Shown: positions 51,148 through 64,000 of the stretch, in pieces
Layout: each line of letters starts with the position of its first letter
Position numbering within the stretch: the first letter of the stretch is position 1
Assembly (NCBI RefSeq): GCF_006345805.1
Contig: NC_043021.1
Coordinates: 6,138,001 to 6,202,000, forward strand
From: Octopus sinensis
Lineage: Eukaryota
Length of the DNA stretch: 64,000 nt
Reading direction: 5' to 3'
Notes under the pieces: generated by a model
Database searches by the model: none
Told to the model about the DNA's origin: nothing
The model's input: the letters and a program-made list of their open reading frames with translations, nothing else
Position numbers and translations under genes: made by a program

Positions 51148-51497
51148 TAAAAGAGAGGAAAAAATTACTGCCAGAAAATCTTCAGAAGGTATTAAGACAA
51201 CAAGTCATTACATCTGGCTCCAAAGAGAGGGCGAGTAGCACAGCAAGAATGAGCATTGAGGACAATAGAAACATTTTGCTGAGCGAGACATCTGACTCAA
51301 CAAAGCTTGTGCACTTGCATAGAAGTTTTGTCCCCTACATCTGTGGATTGCCTCAGATAGCTGTGGTGTTGTGGTGGAAGGGGCTGAAACACAGACCTGT
51401 TTCACTGCCTGATGTGACATCAACTCCTGCATTCAGAGATGGAGTACAGCAGAACCTTCAGCATGTGAGTATTCAGCTCAGACTCCAAAGCCTAGAG

Positions 51498-51716
51498 CAG
51501 TGGTTTTCAACCAGGGTTCCGCAGAACCTTAGGGTTCCGCCAGTACAGTCCAGGGGTTCCGCAAGAAGTTACAAAACTGCTAAAATCGGCAGTAATTTTT
51601 AATTCTCCTGTGCAGATATGTGTGCATAAGACTATTAAATTATTGCACAGGGGTTCCTCGAGCCAGTGGAATGTTTCCTCGGGGTTCCGCTCCAGCAAAA
51701 AGTTTGAAAAGCACTG
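51498..51716. mobile_element. hAT (Charlie-like) MITE
   Basis: CAGTGGTTTTCAAC...TTTGAAAAGCACTG TIRs; 8-bp TSD gcctagag/gcctagac. Confidence 0.85.
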
Positions 51717-52005
51717 GCCTAGACTAAAAAACAACACCACACAGTTTTAGCCCAAGGTCATCCATGATTAAATAGATCTCATAGATTACTGGATGTACTC
51801 TGGATTATTGAGACAAGCAGGATACATACAATGGCATCTGTCTGTGTCATTACTAATTTGTACACTATACTGCATAACTGATATCTACTTCAGTCATTTC
51901 CAAATGGTACACAAAATACTATTACTATCATTATGATAATTGTAAGCAGACCACTGTTGTATGTACAGTCATGCGTTTCAATCATTAGCAACCAACACAT
52001 TATTC

Positions 52006-52410
52006 CCTTTTACTTGTTTCAGTCATTTGACTGCGGCCATGCTGGAGCACCGCCCTCACTCGAGCAACTCGACCCCGGGACTTATTCTTTTGTAAGCCCA
52101 GTACTTATTCTATCGGTCTCTTTTGCCGAATTGCTAAGTGACGGGGACATAAACACACCAGCATCAGTTGTCAAGCAATGCTAGGGGGACAAACACAGAC
52201 ACACAAACATACACGCACACACATATATACATATACATATATACGACGGGCTTCTTTCAGTTTCCGTCTACCAAATCCACTCACAAGGCTTTGGTCGGCC
52301 CGAGGCTATAGTAGAAGACACTTGCCCAAGGTGCCACCACGCAGTGGGACTGAACGCAGAACCATGTGGTTGGTAAACAAGCTACTTACCACACAGCCAC
52401 TCTTGCGCCT
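52006..52410 (-). mobile_element. SINE family B
   Basis: Full match. Confidence 0.85.
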
Positions 52411-52745
52411 ATATATAACATTATATTATCATTGTAACTAATGTATGTCATTGTCCTTGTTCTATGATGTCTGCTTCAGCCATTAACAAATATCTCGAAG
52501 ACAATATTATTGGCTATAATCAATAATCACTATAAGTTTTCTGCAAGCAGAAAAGCTACATCAGAAGTAGAAAGATATTGTAACACTTGCGAATGATGTG
52601 GGATTTGAAGAAGTCCTAAGAGATAATGTGATTGAGTCGCTAGTGTCCCACAGGAAAAGTTTATCAAACAAGAACCTACCTGTTACACAATGATAGTGAT
52701 CGTGTTACAGGTAGGTCCTTGTCATTTATATACTGATACTTGTCT

Positions 52746-52927
52746 CGGAATGGTCAGTGGCAAGAGAGGAAAAAGCCGACCAAGAACCCGCTGGCTTGAC
52801 ACCATCAAGAGTGATACCGGAATGGACATAGCCAATCTGAAAGAAGCTGCCCAGGATAGAACTGACTGGAGGACACTGATCCATCGAGTAACCGAGAGTC
52901 GAATTCGACTGAGCGGATAGATAGATA
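52746..52927 (+). mobile_element. Short RTE (BovB-like) 3' fragment
   Basis: Same sequence as 4081-4262; TSD gatacttgtct. Confidence 0.85.
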
Positions 52928-53221
52928 GATACTTGTCTTAGTAACAACCGTAAAGGTGAACAAATGTTATTTGAAAGAGACAGCTCTCACCTTATTATGT
53001 ATTAGCCTGGATTTTCAACATTTTAAATAACTTACCACAAAGTCAACATTATTTAAAGTGGTAGTTCTCAAGCTTTTCTAGCTCAGCACCCACTGGCATT
53101 GGATCACCAAATGGCATTTTACAAAGACCCCTTTACAGATTGTTTTAATCTAACAGAAACTAATTTTGCATAGCAGTTTTTTGTTGATATTTTTTTTACA
53201 GCGACATGTCTAGGTAAAGTG

Positions 53222-53222
53222 T

Positions 53223-53284
<62 letters not shown>

Positions 53285-53645
53285 TTAGCGTCCACTTTCC
53301 ATGCTGGCATGGGTTGGACGGTTCAACTGGGGTCTGTGAAGCCAGAAGGCTGCATCAGGCCCAGTCTGATCTGGCAGTGTTTCTACGGCTGGATGCCCTT
53401 CCTAACGCCAACCACTCCATGAGTGTAGTGGGTGCTTTTTACGTGCCACCCGCACAGGTGCCAGACGGAGCTGGCAAACGGCCACAGACGGATGGTGCTT
53501 TTTACGTGCCACCGGCACAAGGGCCAGGCGAGGCTGGCAATGGCCACGATCGGATGATGCTTTTTACGTGCCACTGGCACAGGGGCCAGGCGAGGCTGGC
53601 AACGGCCACGATCGGATGGTGCTTTTTACGTGCCACTGGCACCTG
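53222..53645 (-). mobile_element. Family C copy with four repeat units and a long (GAT)n tail
   Basis: Direct reading. Confidence 0.8.
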
Positions 53646-54075
53646 GGAAAAGTATTCTCAGAATAGTCAACAGTTATAAAGTAAGCAAATGCAGATTTGT
53701 GATGGCAAAGTTCTGTAAAGAGCATACCTACCATGAAGTTCTTTGACCATGCTTGACAGAAGTGACCTTAGCCTATGTGACCTTAATTAAAACATTAAGG
53801 GCACGTTGAAAATACCAATTTTTGTAAGAAATAGTTAAAGGTTCAACAAAGCATGTCTCACCTGGTTTGTAAAGATAGTCACAGTAAATCAAGCACGGTG
53901 TGGGCATACCTGCCGAAAAATTCCACAAATATGAGACACGTATGATGACAAGCTTTTGAGTTTGTGGAAAATCTTTTGAAATCAGCACCCTAAAATTACT
54001 ATGAAACATATCTTCAACACCAGACAACTTAAACCATGATCCCCATGATCCCCAGGGTAATTAATGAAAATAAAT

Positions 54076-54423
54076 GATCTCATTCTCGCCCACAGCATCA
54101 TAAGCGGAAAGTGTAACCTCTCGAAAGAGCTGTTCTTCACTCCTGCTCCAGAGCGTCGGCTGCGGGGTCATTCCGAAAAGCTCTACCTGCAACGATTTCA
54201 TCTCAATCGAAGGAGAGGAGCTTTCTCCGTCCGGGTTGCGGATCCGTGGAACAAGCTGCCAGACGAGATGGTGAAGATGCCGACGACTGCTTTGTTCAAA
54301 GCCTCCCTTGACCTCAAGTGGCCTGAACTCTTTACATGAACACCACCCTGTACTTAACTCCATGTCCCCCTACATGGCCTTGCTATTTGCTTTTGAGCCA
54401 AATTAACTAACTAACTAACTAAC
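54076..54423 (+). mobile_element. CR1-clade LINE 3' end, young; second 3' fragment at 54765-54879
   Basis: RRLRGHSEKLYLQRFHLNRRRGAFSVRVADPWNKLPDEMV...FKASLD; (CTAA)n tail. Confidence 0.85.
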
Positions 54424-55060
54424 ATATTACAGTGTATTTTGCATGTAATTTGACTGCTATTTCTAGCATATAAAGCGACAACGTACACGCTCTTATGCTG
54501 GCTTTTTTATTCAGTTATTGCGAGGAAGAGAACAACCACAACCAAAACCTTTTCTAATTAGCACTTGAAGCGCCGGAAAAACGCCTCGCAGCATTTCTTC
54601 CGGCTCTCTGCCTGCTGAGTTGGCAAATTTTTCCTTTCATCGTTTAGGGGTTGATAAAAACCACAGCATCAGTTAATACTGGGGGTCGATGATATCGACT
54701 AAACTCATCCCGTCAAAATTCCTGGGCATGTGCTTAAATTAGGAACCATTATAACCATTAAATAAAGTGGCCTGAACTCTTTACATGAACACCACCCTGT
54801 ACTTAACTCCATGTCCCCCTACATGGCCTTGCTATTTGCTTTTGAGCCAAATTAACTAACTAACTAACTAACTAACTAAGGACCACAGAAACATGTTCAT
54901 TGACATCTAAATGAGTAAAGGGCATTTCTGTCACAATGACATTTAAAACTGGTCAGATTGACAGTAGTAAAAGTAGTTTTATGCTTTTCATGCTTTTTAT
55001 TTACTGAAGATATTTAAACCATGACATTTGTTTTCCCATTTGTTGTTGCATTTACTTTAA

Positions 55061-55935
55061 CCCTTTCATTACTGCATTTATTTTGAGATGCTCTGTGTTT
55101 CTTTCAATTACTTTAAATATAACAAAGAATTTAGTAAAATAACTTAGTTATCATTCAGCTAGTGTTAGGAACATAAATTGTGACTAAGGTTTGGTGTAAG
55201 ATTTTAATTCAAAACTTATGAAAACAAGACATTTGTACTAAAGAGCCAGTGGTGGTTTCAGCCGGGTTGGTATCGAAAGGGTTACACACACCTCTACATT
55301 TGGGCTGATGCACATTAGAAGCAGTTGGAAGGGTGCAGATTGAAGGAAATTTAGGCTATTATTTCTGCTGATTATTTTTCTTCTTAACCCTTTCGTTACT
55401 GTATTTATTTTGAGATGCTCTGTGTTTATTTCAATTAATTTTAAATGATAAAGAATTTAGTAAAATAACTTAGTTATCATTCAGCTAGTGTTAGGAACAT
55501 AAATTGTGACTAAGGTTTGGTGTAAGATTTTGATTCAAAACTTATAAAAACAAATCATTTGTACTACAGAGCCAGCGGTGGTTTCAGCCGGGTTGGTATC
55601 GAAAGGGTTACACACACCTCTACATTTGGGCTGATGCACATTAGAAGCAGTTGGAAGGGTGCAGATTGAAGGAAATTTAGGCTATTATTTCTGCTGATTA
55701 TTTTTCTTCTTAACCCTTTCGTTACTGTATTTATTTTGAGATGCTCTGTGTTTCTTTCCATTAATTTTAAATATAACAAAGAATTTAGTAAAATAACTTA
55801 GTTATCATTCAGCTAGTGTTAGGAACATAAATTGTGACTAAGGTTTGGTGGAAGATTTTAATTCAAAACTTATGAAAACAAGACATTTGTACTACAGAGC
55901 CAGAGCCGGTTTCAGCCGGGTTGGTAATGAAAGGG
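55061..55935 (+). mobile_element. Three tandem piggyBac-type MITEs with a repeated ~106-bp spacer
   Basis: Copies at 55061-55281, 55388-55607 and 55714-55935; same family as 10836. Confidence 0.85.
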
Positions 55936-57183
55936 TTAAATAATATTGAAAAACTATGCTTTCAAAGTTATGTCAAGCTCCATACATGGATTTGCATTTG
56001 ATGAAGCCAAATCAATTCTTATAAATGATGACAATACTGGAAATGCTGAAAAATAGGCATTTGAGTTTGTGGAAAATCTTGGCATGATATAGCAAAATGG
56101 TTTTCACTTTTGAAATCAGCACCCTAAAATTACTATGAAACATATCTTCAACACCAGACAACTTAAACCATGATCCCCAGGGTAATTAATGAAAATAAAT
56201 TTAAATTGGTTTAGAGCAGTGCTTATTCTAAATCATCAGGAATACTACAAGCTGTGTGAGTGGGAGTAGTAGCTTGTTTGTTTTCATAACAGAAGGCATT
56301 TAATTCTAGAACAATATAGAGATTTTAGAACAGTGACAAGGAAAATGAAAGAAACAGCATTAAAAAAAGGTGTGTAGCACACACTTGAGTGAAATTCCTC
56401 TCCTCTCTGTTATATATGCATACATACGAATGTAGAAGATAACAGCTAGCCTTTGGCCGCATTTTGGACCCTGTTGTGTCCACTACACTGATTGGTTGGT
56501 ATTGGTGCAATTTGTCTCTTGCTCTATCGTGTGCTAATATGCAACACAACCAATCGCAGCCTTCAAATAAGGTCATGTGTGATAACCTGTTTTTTTCTAC
56601 CTCAGCTGAGCCTACAACTCCTTATAACAAACCTAACTTTTCCTTATCTCGATGTCATTTGGCTTCAGACCTTAAAAGATCTGGCCACTGACCACACAAG
56701 ACACCACCAGTTCCAGCGACAACACAAGAGCAGCCACGTGGAGTCTCATCAACTTCGTCCAACAGCATTCAGTGACCTCCATCTCTGTCGCCACCATTTG
56801 TCCTAATGTCAACATCTCCCTACGTACACAACTCAACGAGCAACTCACCCAGGTTACAACACTGCACTGTTCGCAAACTACTTCACCATGGATCAACAGC
56901 GAATATACAACCTGTGAGAACTCCAGTACCAAGTGACCCAGGTAGCAGCATCACAGCCACAACTTCACGTACGACGTGTACCGCAACCAGCTCTGCATCA
57001 ACGCCGCAACTTCTTGATACAGTATTTCAACTATCATGTACAGTTGACTACGAACTAGTATTCATCATTCTTTTGTCAATGAACTTACTCCTCACTTCGA
57101 TGGCTACAGACTCCTTCACTGTCCCTTCTTCATCGCCATCCTTGTATGTTCTTAACGTGCATACATCTATGCCTACATACACC

Positions 57184-57727
57184 ATATCCCCAACAAAGAT
57201 GTCCTCAGGCAAGCAGGAATACCAAGCATGTTTGCACTCCTCACACAAAGACGTATGAGATGGCTTGGGCATGTTAGCCGTATGAAAGATGGCAGAATCC
57301 CCAAGGACATACACTACGGAGAGCTTGCTAGGGGTACTAGGTCTGTGGGTAGACCGCTCTTACGTTACAAGGATGTTTGCAAAAGGGACATGAAGGCCTG
57401 CAACATCAATATTAGCGGTTGGGAAGCTGTTGCTGGCAACCGTGGAGACTGGCGACGTACCGTAAGAGAGGGAATACAAAGGAGTGACAGAGAGAGAGAG
57501 GAGAAATGGAAAGACAAGAAAAGACGTCAACAAGAAACTATGGCATTACAACCAGCCAGGAACAGTCTTCGCTACATTTGCGGCACCAGCCAGAGGGAGT
57601 GTTTGTCCAGGATAGGACTACACAGCCACAGCAGGAAATGTGTCAGGACATGAAATGTAAAAGCCGGACTAGACTACTTTATGCGCAACTCCATTGTCTC
57701 CCGAGACAAAAAGGATGCCAACCAACC
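57184..57727 (+). mobile_element. RTE-clade LINE 3' end (second RTE family)
   Basis: QRRMRWLGHVSRMKDGRIPKDIHYGEL...CLSRIGLHSHSRKC; TSD acatacacc at 57175-57183 and 57728-57736. Confidence 0.9.
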
Positions 57728-58780
57728 ACATACACCCACATACATCTTATTCTTATGACGGCCTGTCTATTATTCCGTATATATGACGCACACACAATCA
57801 CACATGTTAGTATATCAATAAATCTTCTCTTAAACATTCTACCCGGTTGTGTCTCTTATTTCCCTCTGGCACATATATGCATTGTTCTATTTATTGTATC
57901 AACCGTGTCACAAATTGGCGATCCGTTCCAGCTCCTTGAAACTACAAAACAATGATAATGGGAGAAGGAGATACTCCACAGGTATCTAAAACTTCAATTC
58001 CATTTTAGGTGTGATGGAAAATAAATAGTTTATTTTCAATCTATGACACGGTAACATCTGTTGCGGACTTCCACCGTGTATATAGAAATTGTGGGCTGGA
58101 AAATATGTCAATTTGGGTAATATAACGAACGTAAATTGCTTAGCTTTTATTTCATTTTATTGTTCAAAATATACGTCAGTGTTTCATTATAATTAAAAAA
58201 CAAAAACAAAACAAAACATAGCCGGCACTCGAATATAAGTGGTAACGGGTATCACATTTTCGCTAATTATTTTAATTGCCTACGTAGTTGCGAGCAGATG
58301 TAGACACTCCATGGACTTTCCTAGCCCTTGACCCAGCAGAGCATCAGAGGTGTGACAGCTTGAGAAACAAATAGATAAATAAATAAATGTATGGGTGGGT
58401 ACGTATGTATGGGATCTAGTCTTTCACATTCGTAAAATTTTGCTTAGATTGCTTTCAAAAACTAGATCCCATCCATATATGTATGAAATTATTGATCACT
58501 GTTCAAGCTTGTATGTACGCACATAAAGCTAATGTGAATGAATATGCACTTGTTTCATTCTCACTGGCCGATGTTGATTTTTGTGTCACAATCAGTGGAA
58601 TAGCTGTCAAAACGAAAAAATAATAAAATGTCATAGTTCAAATTTCACCAGAATCATCTTTACTTTTTAGCCTCCCGGGGTCATTACAGTAAAGTGCTGA
58701 GGTTGATTTAATCAGCTATACAGCTCTGTTTCCACTGTGGGGCCTTGTGCCTTATATTTTCAAACATTAGAAATCATTTG

Positions 58781-59170
58781 GGATCTTTTCCTTTTGAACG
58801 GCACATGTCAACACAATTTCTAGTTAACTAAACACTTTTAAACTTTGTATACTGGTAGAATGTGTTTATAAAACATCATTTTTTCTTGGCTTTATTGAGA
58901 AAATTCACTAGTTTGTAAGATATTTCGTCTTTAATTTCGAGCATTTCGGCAATTTTAACCAATCGCTCACGTCCATTTGGGGTGAAAAGATTCCGTGCTG
59001 TATGAATATGTCCCTTGTTTAAGAAACAGATTGGGCTTATTTACATTTGCAAAGAAAAAAGATACCCTTCCCCTAACCCTAACCCTAAAATAGATTGAAA
59101 TGCAATAGATTGATACTAGGGTTATAATTATGGGTGACATTTTCATTTGACACCGCTAGAAAAAAATCCC
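58781..59170. repeat. Interspersed repeat with a (CCCTAA)2-like motif, class uncertain
   Basis: Start gggatcttttc.tttgaacggca also occurs at 32703. Confidence 0.5.
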
Positions 59171-59814
59171 ATTTTCCGTAGTGGTGTCGAATTGGATGGC
59201 AAATGCTCTGTGGTATTTAGTGACATCCGGTTATTTTGTGAGTTCACATTCTATCTAGGGTCAAATTTTTTTTTCGTTGGGTCGTCGATAAAATAAATTA
59301 CTACTTAATACTGAAAGTTTATTAAATAAAATATTCCTTCCTATAAAAAGGTGACAGAAGACACAAGTTAAAGTTGACGGCTACATTCATTTCTCCTTTA
59401 ATAGAAGATACAGCAAACTGGTTCAACATGAATAATTCTCTTAATAAAAGTACATTGGTTCCGCGTGCAACTTGAAGATGAAGATGAAGATGTGTGCAGG
59501 AAAAGCACAAAGCATGGCGACAAGAATCACTGCTGATAATTCTCTCCTCACTGGTAATGCATAACGGAATAAAACTTGCTCTATGATGAAGATCCGAATT
59601 CCATCATGACGACCCATCACGCTGAAGAAAATAGAGGGGAAAAGCATCCTTAAATAGCTAAGGGTAGGCTCAAATGGACCACACTTTTCTGGACGGGTAA
59701 GTGGTCTGATTGAATGGCCAGTCCAGTTGGGTATGGTCGTGTGACCACTGGCTGAAAAACCAGCTCAGGAGCCAAAATGGGCCTATTTAAGTAAAAACAG
59801 CCAATTAATGATCA

Positions 59815-60235
59815 TCAATGGAAATAGTAGTTGTGATGCCTGTGCCGGTGGCACATAAAAAGCACTATCTGAACGTGGCCGATGCTAGCGCCGCCCCGAC
59901 TGGCTTCTGTGCTGGTGGCACATAAAAAGCACCATCCGAACGTTGCCAGCGCCACCTTGGCTGGCTTCCATGCCGCTGGCATGTTAAAAGCTCCAACCGA
60001 TCGTGGCTGATGCCGGACCCCCCCCCCCCCCCTGGTACCTGTGCAGGTGGCCCGTAAAAAGCACCCACTACACTTGCGGAGTGGTTGGCGTTAGGAAGGG
60101 CATCCAGCCGTAGAAACTCTGCCAGATCAGACTGGAGCCTGGAGCAGCCCCTGGATTCCCAGACCCCGGTCGAACCGTCCAACCCGTGCTATCGCGGAAA
60201 ACGGACATTAAACGATGATGATGATGATGATGATG
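59815..60235 (+). mobile_element. Family C copy
   Basis: Repeat units plus (GAT)n tail. Confidence 0.8.
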
Positions 60236-60663
60236 AACACACACAACAACACGTTCAATTTCAGGTCTGTAAAAACTTTCACATTTTTCACCCGAATTGG
60301 GATGCTTTGGTTTAAAACTTTTCATGAGCTACAGAAAGAAACGAACTCGTTTCTTTTCGGTTAGTTTTTCTGTTTTACCCGATTCAATTCTTGCGGCAAT
60401 TTAACGGATTTAAAATTTTGTTTTGCAAAATATATTATCTTTTACTTGTTTCAGTCATTAGACTGCAGCCATGCTGGGGCACCGCCTTGAAGGGTTTTAG
60501 TCGAACAAATCGACCCTAGGATTTATTTTTAAGCCTAGTACTTACTCCATTGGTAATTTTTGCCAAACCACTAAATTATGGGGATGTATACCCTAACACC
60601 GGTTGTCAAGTGGTGGTGCACGACAAACATAGATACAAAGACACCCATATATATATATAATAT

Positions 60664-60695
<32 letters not shown>

Positions 60696-62289
60696 ATATA
60701 TATATATATAAAACTGAAATGCGTTTTTATCGCTTGGATCGCTTTCAATGCCACTACATCCCGTCCGATTCGCTCCAAAATTTACAGGGACATGTAGAAT
60801 GAGGTGACGATGCTCGTGGGCTACCTTAGAAATCCCTATCTTAAAAGGTGTGGTTGCTAGGGGCCATCTTCCTCACTCACGCTATTTCCTCCATTACCCT
60901 CTCACTCCTCTTCATATATAACTTTGACAACTCCACTACCGTTATTTAAAGTATCTGTCACTCTCGCTATTTCCTCTCTTTTTCACTCACTCTGTTTCTT
61001 ACCTTACCATCACATCGGCTTTCTTTTATGTATCTGTCTGTCACCAACAACACACGAGCATGAGAACAAATATTATGAATCTTGCGTTCATTTATATGTG
61101 TGTGTGTGTGTGTGTGTGTTCTATATATAAATATGTATATATAATGTATATATACAAAGTGTATATATCTGTATTTATGTATATTAAACTTTTTCATACT
61201 TTTTCATAGTTATATATATTTTTAAACAAATTATAAATATAATTTAATAAATTTTATTTTCAATTTAAATAATTTAAATTTTTCAATTTTATATTCTATA
61301 TATTTTCTATATTATATATTTTTTTAATGTTTTTGTTTTTGGTTTTTCACTGTTTGATTTGCCTATTAGTGGTTTTATCTCTAATTTAATTTATACAGAT
61401 ATATATCTTATTTGTATACATTTGTATATATAATGCGTGCACACACACACATATATATACACATATATATATATAATGTGTGCATTACGTAGTCGGTCGA
61501 TTCAGCTGAAAATATGCACACCTACGTTAAAAGTGCTGGCAAGTTTGCATGACAACTATTTTTTTCCTCAAATGAAAGGCGTCACCTCTAGGACAAAATT
61601 CCTCATCTTATAAAATGTGGCCCCAGTAGACCCCAATGAAATCGGGTTGTATTAACCAAAATGTGAAAAGGGGTCTAAATGGGGCTGGAAGGGGATTAAA
61701 ATTTCAAGGAGCGAGTGTTTAGGAATTCTCTGTTACATCAAGCTAAAAAATTTGCGCCAGCCTTTTAATCGTCAATGTGTTGCCGTCCATGATAAAGAAG
61801 TTTTGAATGCTTGCCATGGTGAGTCTACTGTCGTGAGAAAGAATCACTTCAAAACTTGGTGTTTACGAATTTTCTTTTACATCAAGTTCAAAATTTTACG
61901 CCAGCTGTTAAACTGTCAATACGTTGCTGTCTGTCGTTAAGAAATGCCAGCCATGGTGACTCTACTCTCCTCAGATTCTATCCCTTCAAACTTTGGTTTC
62001 CAATATTTTATTATTTTTATTCAGCTCGCAAGTTCGTCTGTCCCTTTGAAATGTTAGCGTTTTGCTGTCTGCCTTGAAGCAGACCTTTCCATTGCCACTG
62101 CCTGATATTTCTGATTGATCTTTCTAAATATTTTATTTCTCAACTTACTCAAGATCTTCTGTTGTTTATAAATGGGAGAGAGATAGATAAAGATAGAGAG
62201 TAAGAGAAAGCGAGGGAGAGTCCGAGAGAAAAGAAAAGTAAGAGAGTGGGAAAGTGAGAGAGAAAGGAGAGAGAAACAAATACGGAGAA

Positions 62290-62600
62290 TCATCATCATC
62301 ATCATCGTTTAACGTCCGTTTTCCGTGCTAGCACGGGTTGGACAGTGTGACCGGGGTCTGGGAAGCCAGGAGGCTGCACTAGGCTCCAGTCTGATCTGGC
62401 AGTGTTTCTACAGGTGGATGACCTTCCTAACGCCAACCACTCTGTGAGTGTAGTGGGTGCTTTTTTCGTGCCGCCGGCACAGTGCCAGGGGGGCTCGCAG
62501 CAGCAACGATCGGTTGGTGCTTTTTACGTGCCACTGGCACAGAAGCAAGTCAAGGCGGCGCTGCAATCGGCCACGTTCGGATGGTGCTTTTTACGTGCTG
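62290..62600 (-). mobile_element. Family C copy
   Basis: (GAT)n tail and repeat units. Confidence 0.8.
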
Positions 62601-62664
62601 AAAAGAAGCAACAGAAAGTAACAACCACACTCTTACCCGCGCGTAGAGCGGGTCACCTTCAGCT

Positions 62665-62724
<60 letters not shown>

Positions 62725-62885
62725 ATATATGTATATATATATACATACAAACATACATGCATATACAACATCTGATAGCCTGGTTGGTCACGTGATATAT
62801 ATATATATATACATATATATATACATACATACATGCATATATATATATATATATATACATACATACATACATGCATATATATATA

Positions 62886-62952
<67 letters not shown>

Positions 62953-63119
62953 CATGCATATATATATATACTCGTTTAAAAGCTGCATTCCGTGCAGACT
63001 TTTAAGCTAGCTCCTGCGGAGGGGCTAATTGGGCCTTCGGTCCAAAACTGAGGGGAGCAATAATATTAAAACATTTATTGCTATCCTATCATCTCAGATT
63101 TATATCACAGAGAATCTCA

Positions 63120-63365
63120 TTTGGAGAATTTTGTATCACTGCGACATTTGGAGATCGTTGTAAAGCAGCAAGGTGAAAAATATTCTTGGTTTTACCGTTT
63201 GGAGTGAGTACAAAGAGAGTGCTGCCATTTCCAACTCTAAAACAACCAGCATAGAGCTGACCATGGGAAAAGTGCTGCTGCATGAGATGAAGTCCAACAA
63301 TTTTGAGTGATTGTCTTTGACTCTTGTTAATTGTATTATTGTAGGTAACGGAGGTAACTGTCACA
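63120..63365 (-). mobile_element. Helitron RepHel (PIF1-type helicase) C-terminal remnant
   Basis: TINKSQRQSLKIVGLHLMQQHFSHGQLYAGCFRVGNGSTLFVLTPNGKTKNI resembles helicase motifs V/VI (TINKSQGQ...FSHGQLYVxxSRV). Confidence 0.85.
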
Positions 63366-63414
63366 AAGTTTTGGTATTAAATTCAGAAAGTTTTGGTCAG
63401 TTTCTAACACACAT

Positions 63415-63820
63415 AGGCGCAGGAGTGGCTGTGTGGTAAGTATCTTGCTAACCAACCACATGGTTCCGGGTTCAGTCCCACTGCGTGGCATCTTGGGCAA
63501 GTGTCTTCTGCTATAGCCCCGGGCCGACTAAAGCCTTGTGAGTGGATTTGATAGACGGATACTGAAAGAAGCCTGTCGTATATATGTATATATATATATA
63601 TGTATGTGTGTGTTTGTCTCCCTAGTATTGCTTGACAACCGATGCTGGTGTGTTTACGTCCCCATCACTTAGCGGTTAGGCAAAAGAGACCGATACAATA
63701 AGTACTGGGCTTACAAAGAATAAGTCCCGGGGTCGATTTGCTTGACTAAAGGCGGTGCTCCAGCATGGCCGCAGTCAAAATGACTGAAACAAGTAAAAGA
63801 GAGAAAGAGAAAGAGAAAGT
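63415..63820 (+). mobile_element. SINE family B
   Basis: Full match. Confidence 0.85.
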
Positions 63821-64000
63821 CGCGTTTATTATAGTTAAGGGAGGTAACTCTTGTATGCCGTTTGAAACTTCTCAAGGTCGTCTTACCTGCTAGAAATAGC
63901 AGCCCAAATGCTCTTACATCAGATCCCAATGCTGGATTTCAAGAACTAAATGAAGGTGGATTTTCAATCTTGAGATTATCCCGATTCCAAAATGGTATAA

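Noticed and set aside
51123-51602. 159-aa ORF and an antisense signal-peptide-like MFLLSSMLILAVLLALSL
   Set aside because: The ORF starts in a tandem duplicate and ends in a hAT MITE; no homology recognised and splice signals are weak.
53401-53645. CRISPR-like appearance of ~60-bp repeats
   Set aside because: These are degenerate tandem units without unique spacers inside a LINE 3' UTR; eukaryotic context, no cas genes.
56700-57258. S/T-rich ORFs and a possible GIY-YIG-like VYVG...KESVAIE string
   Set aside because: Motif spacing is wrong and the frame crosses the RTE insertion boundary.
59073-59088. Telomere-like CCCTAA repeats
   Set aside because: Only about two units, internal to an interspersed repeat.
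59583-59625. C/D-box-like ATGATGA...CTGA
   Set aside because: Boxes are only ~35 nt apart, too short for a snoRNA, with no terminal stem.

Overview
AT-rich, repeat-dense animal genomic DNA. The tRNA-headed SINEs and long (TA)n/(CA)n arrays resemble an octopus/coleoid genome (inference from pattern recognition). The only clearly recognisable host gene is a minus-strand NUDT9-like ADP-ribose pyrophosphatase. One exon (226 to off-window) encodes the NUDT9 N-terminal motif. An upstream in-phase exon (4584-4427) adds a strongly hydrophobic, membrane-anchor-like segment. The start exon is uncertain. The rest is mostly intronic/intergenic: three SINE families, RTE, CR1 and RLE-type LINE fragments, three Tc1/mariner relics, piggyBac- and hAT-type MITEs, Helitron pieces and one orphan 5S rRNA copy. 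The most interesting signals are (i) a ~380-bp insert with two convergent, overlapping, uninterrupted ORF ends (virus-like ambisense fragment), (ii) a minimal type I hammerhead ribozyme with a swapped G3-C8 core pair in a Penelope-like repeat, and (iii) local templated insertions, one replacing the catalytic region of a TIR transposon. Almost all long entries in the ORF track are microsatellite or repeat artefacts. Repeat boundaries were read by eye and are approximate unless TSDs are given.
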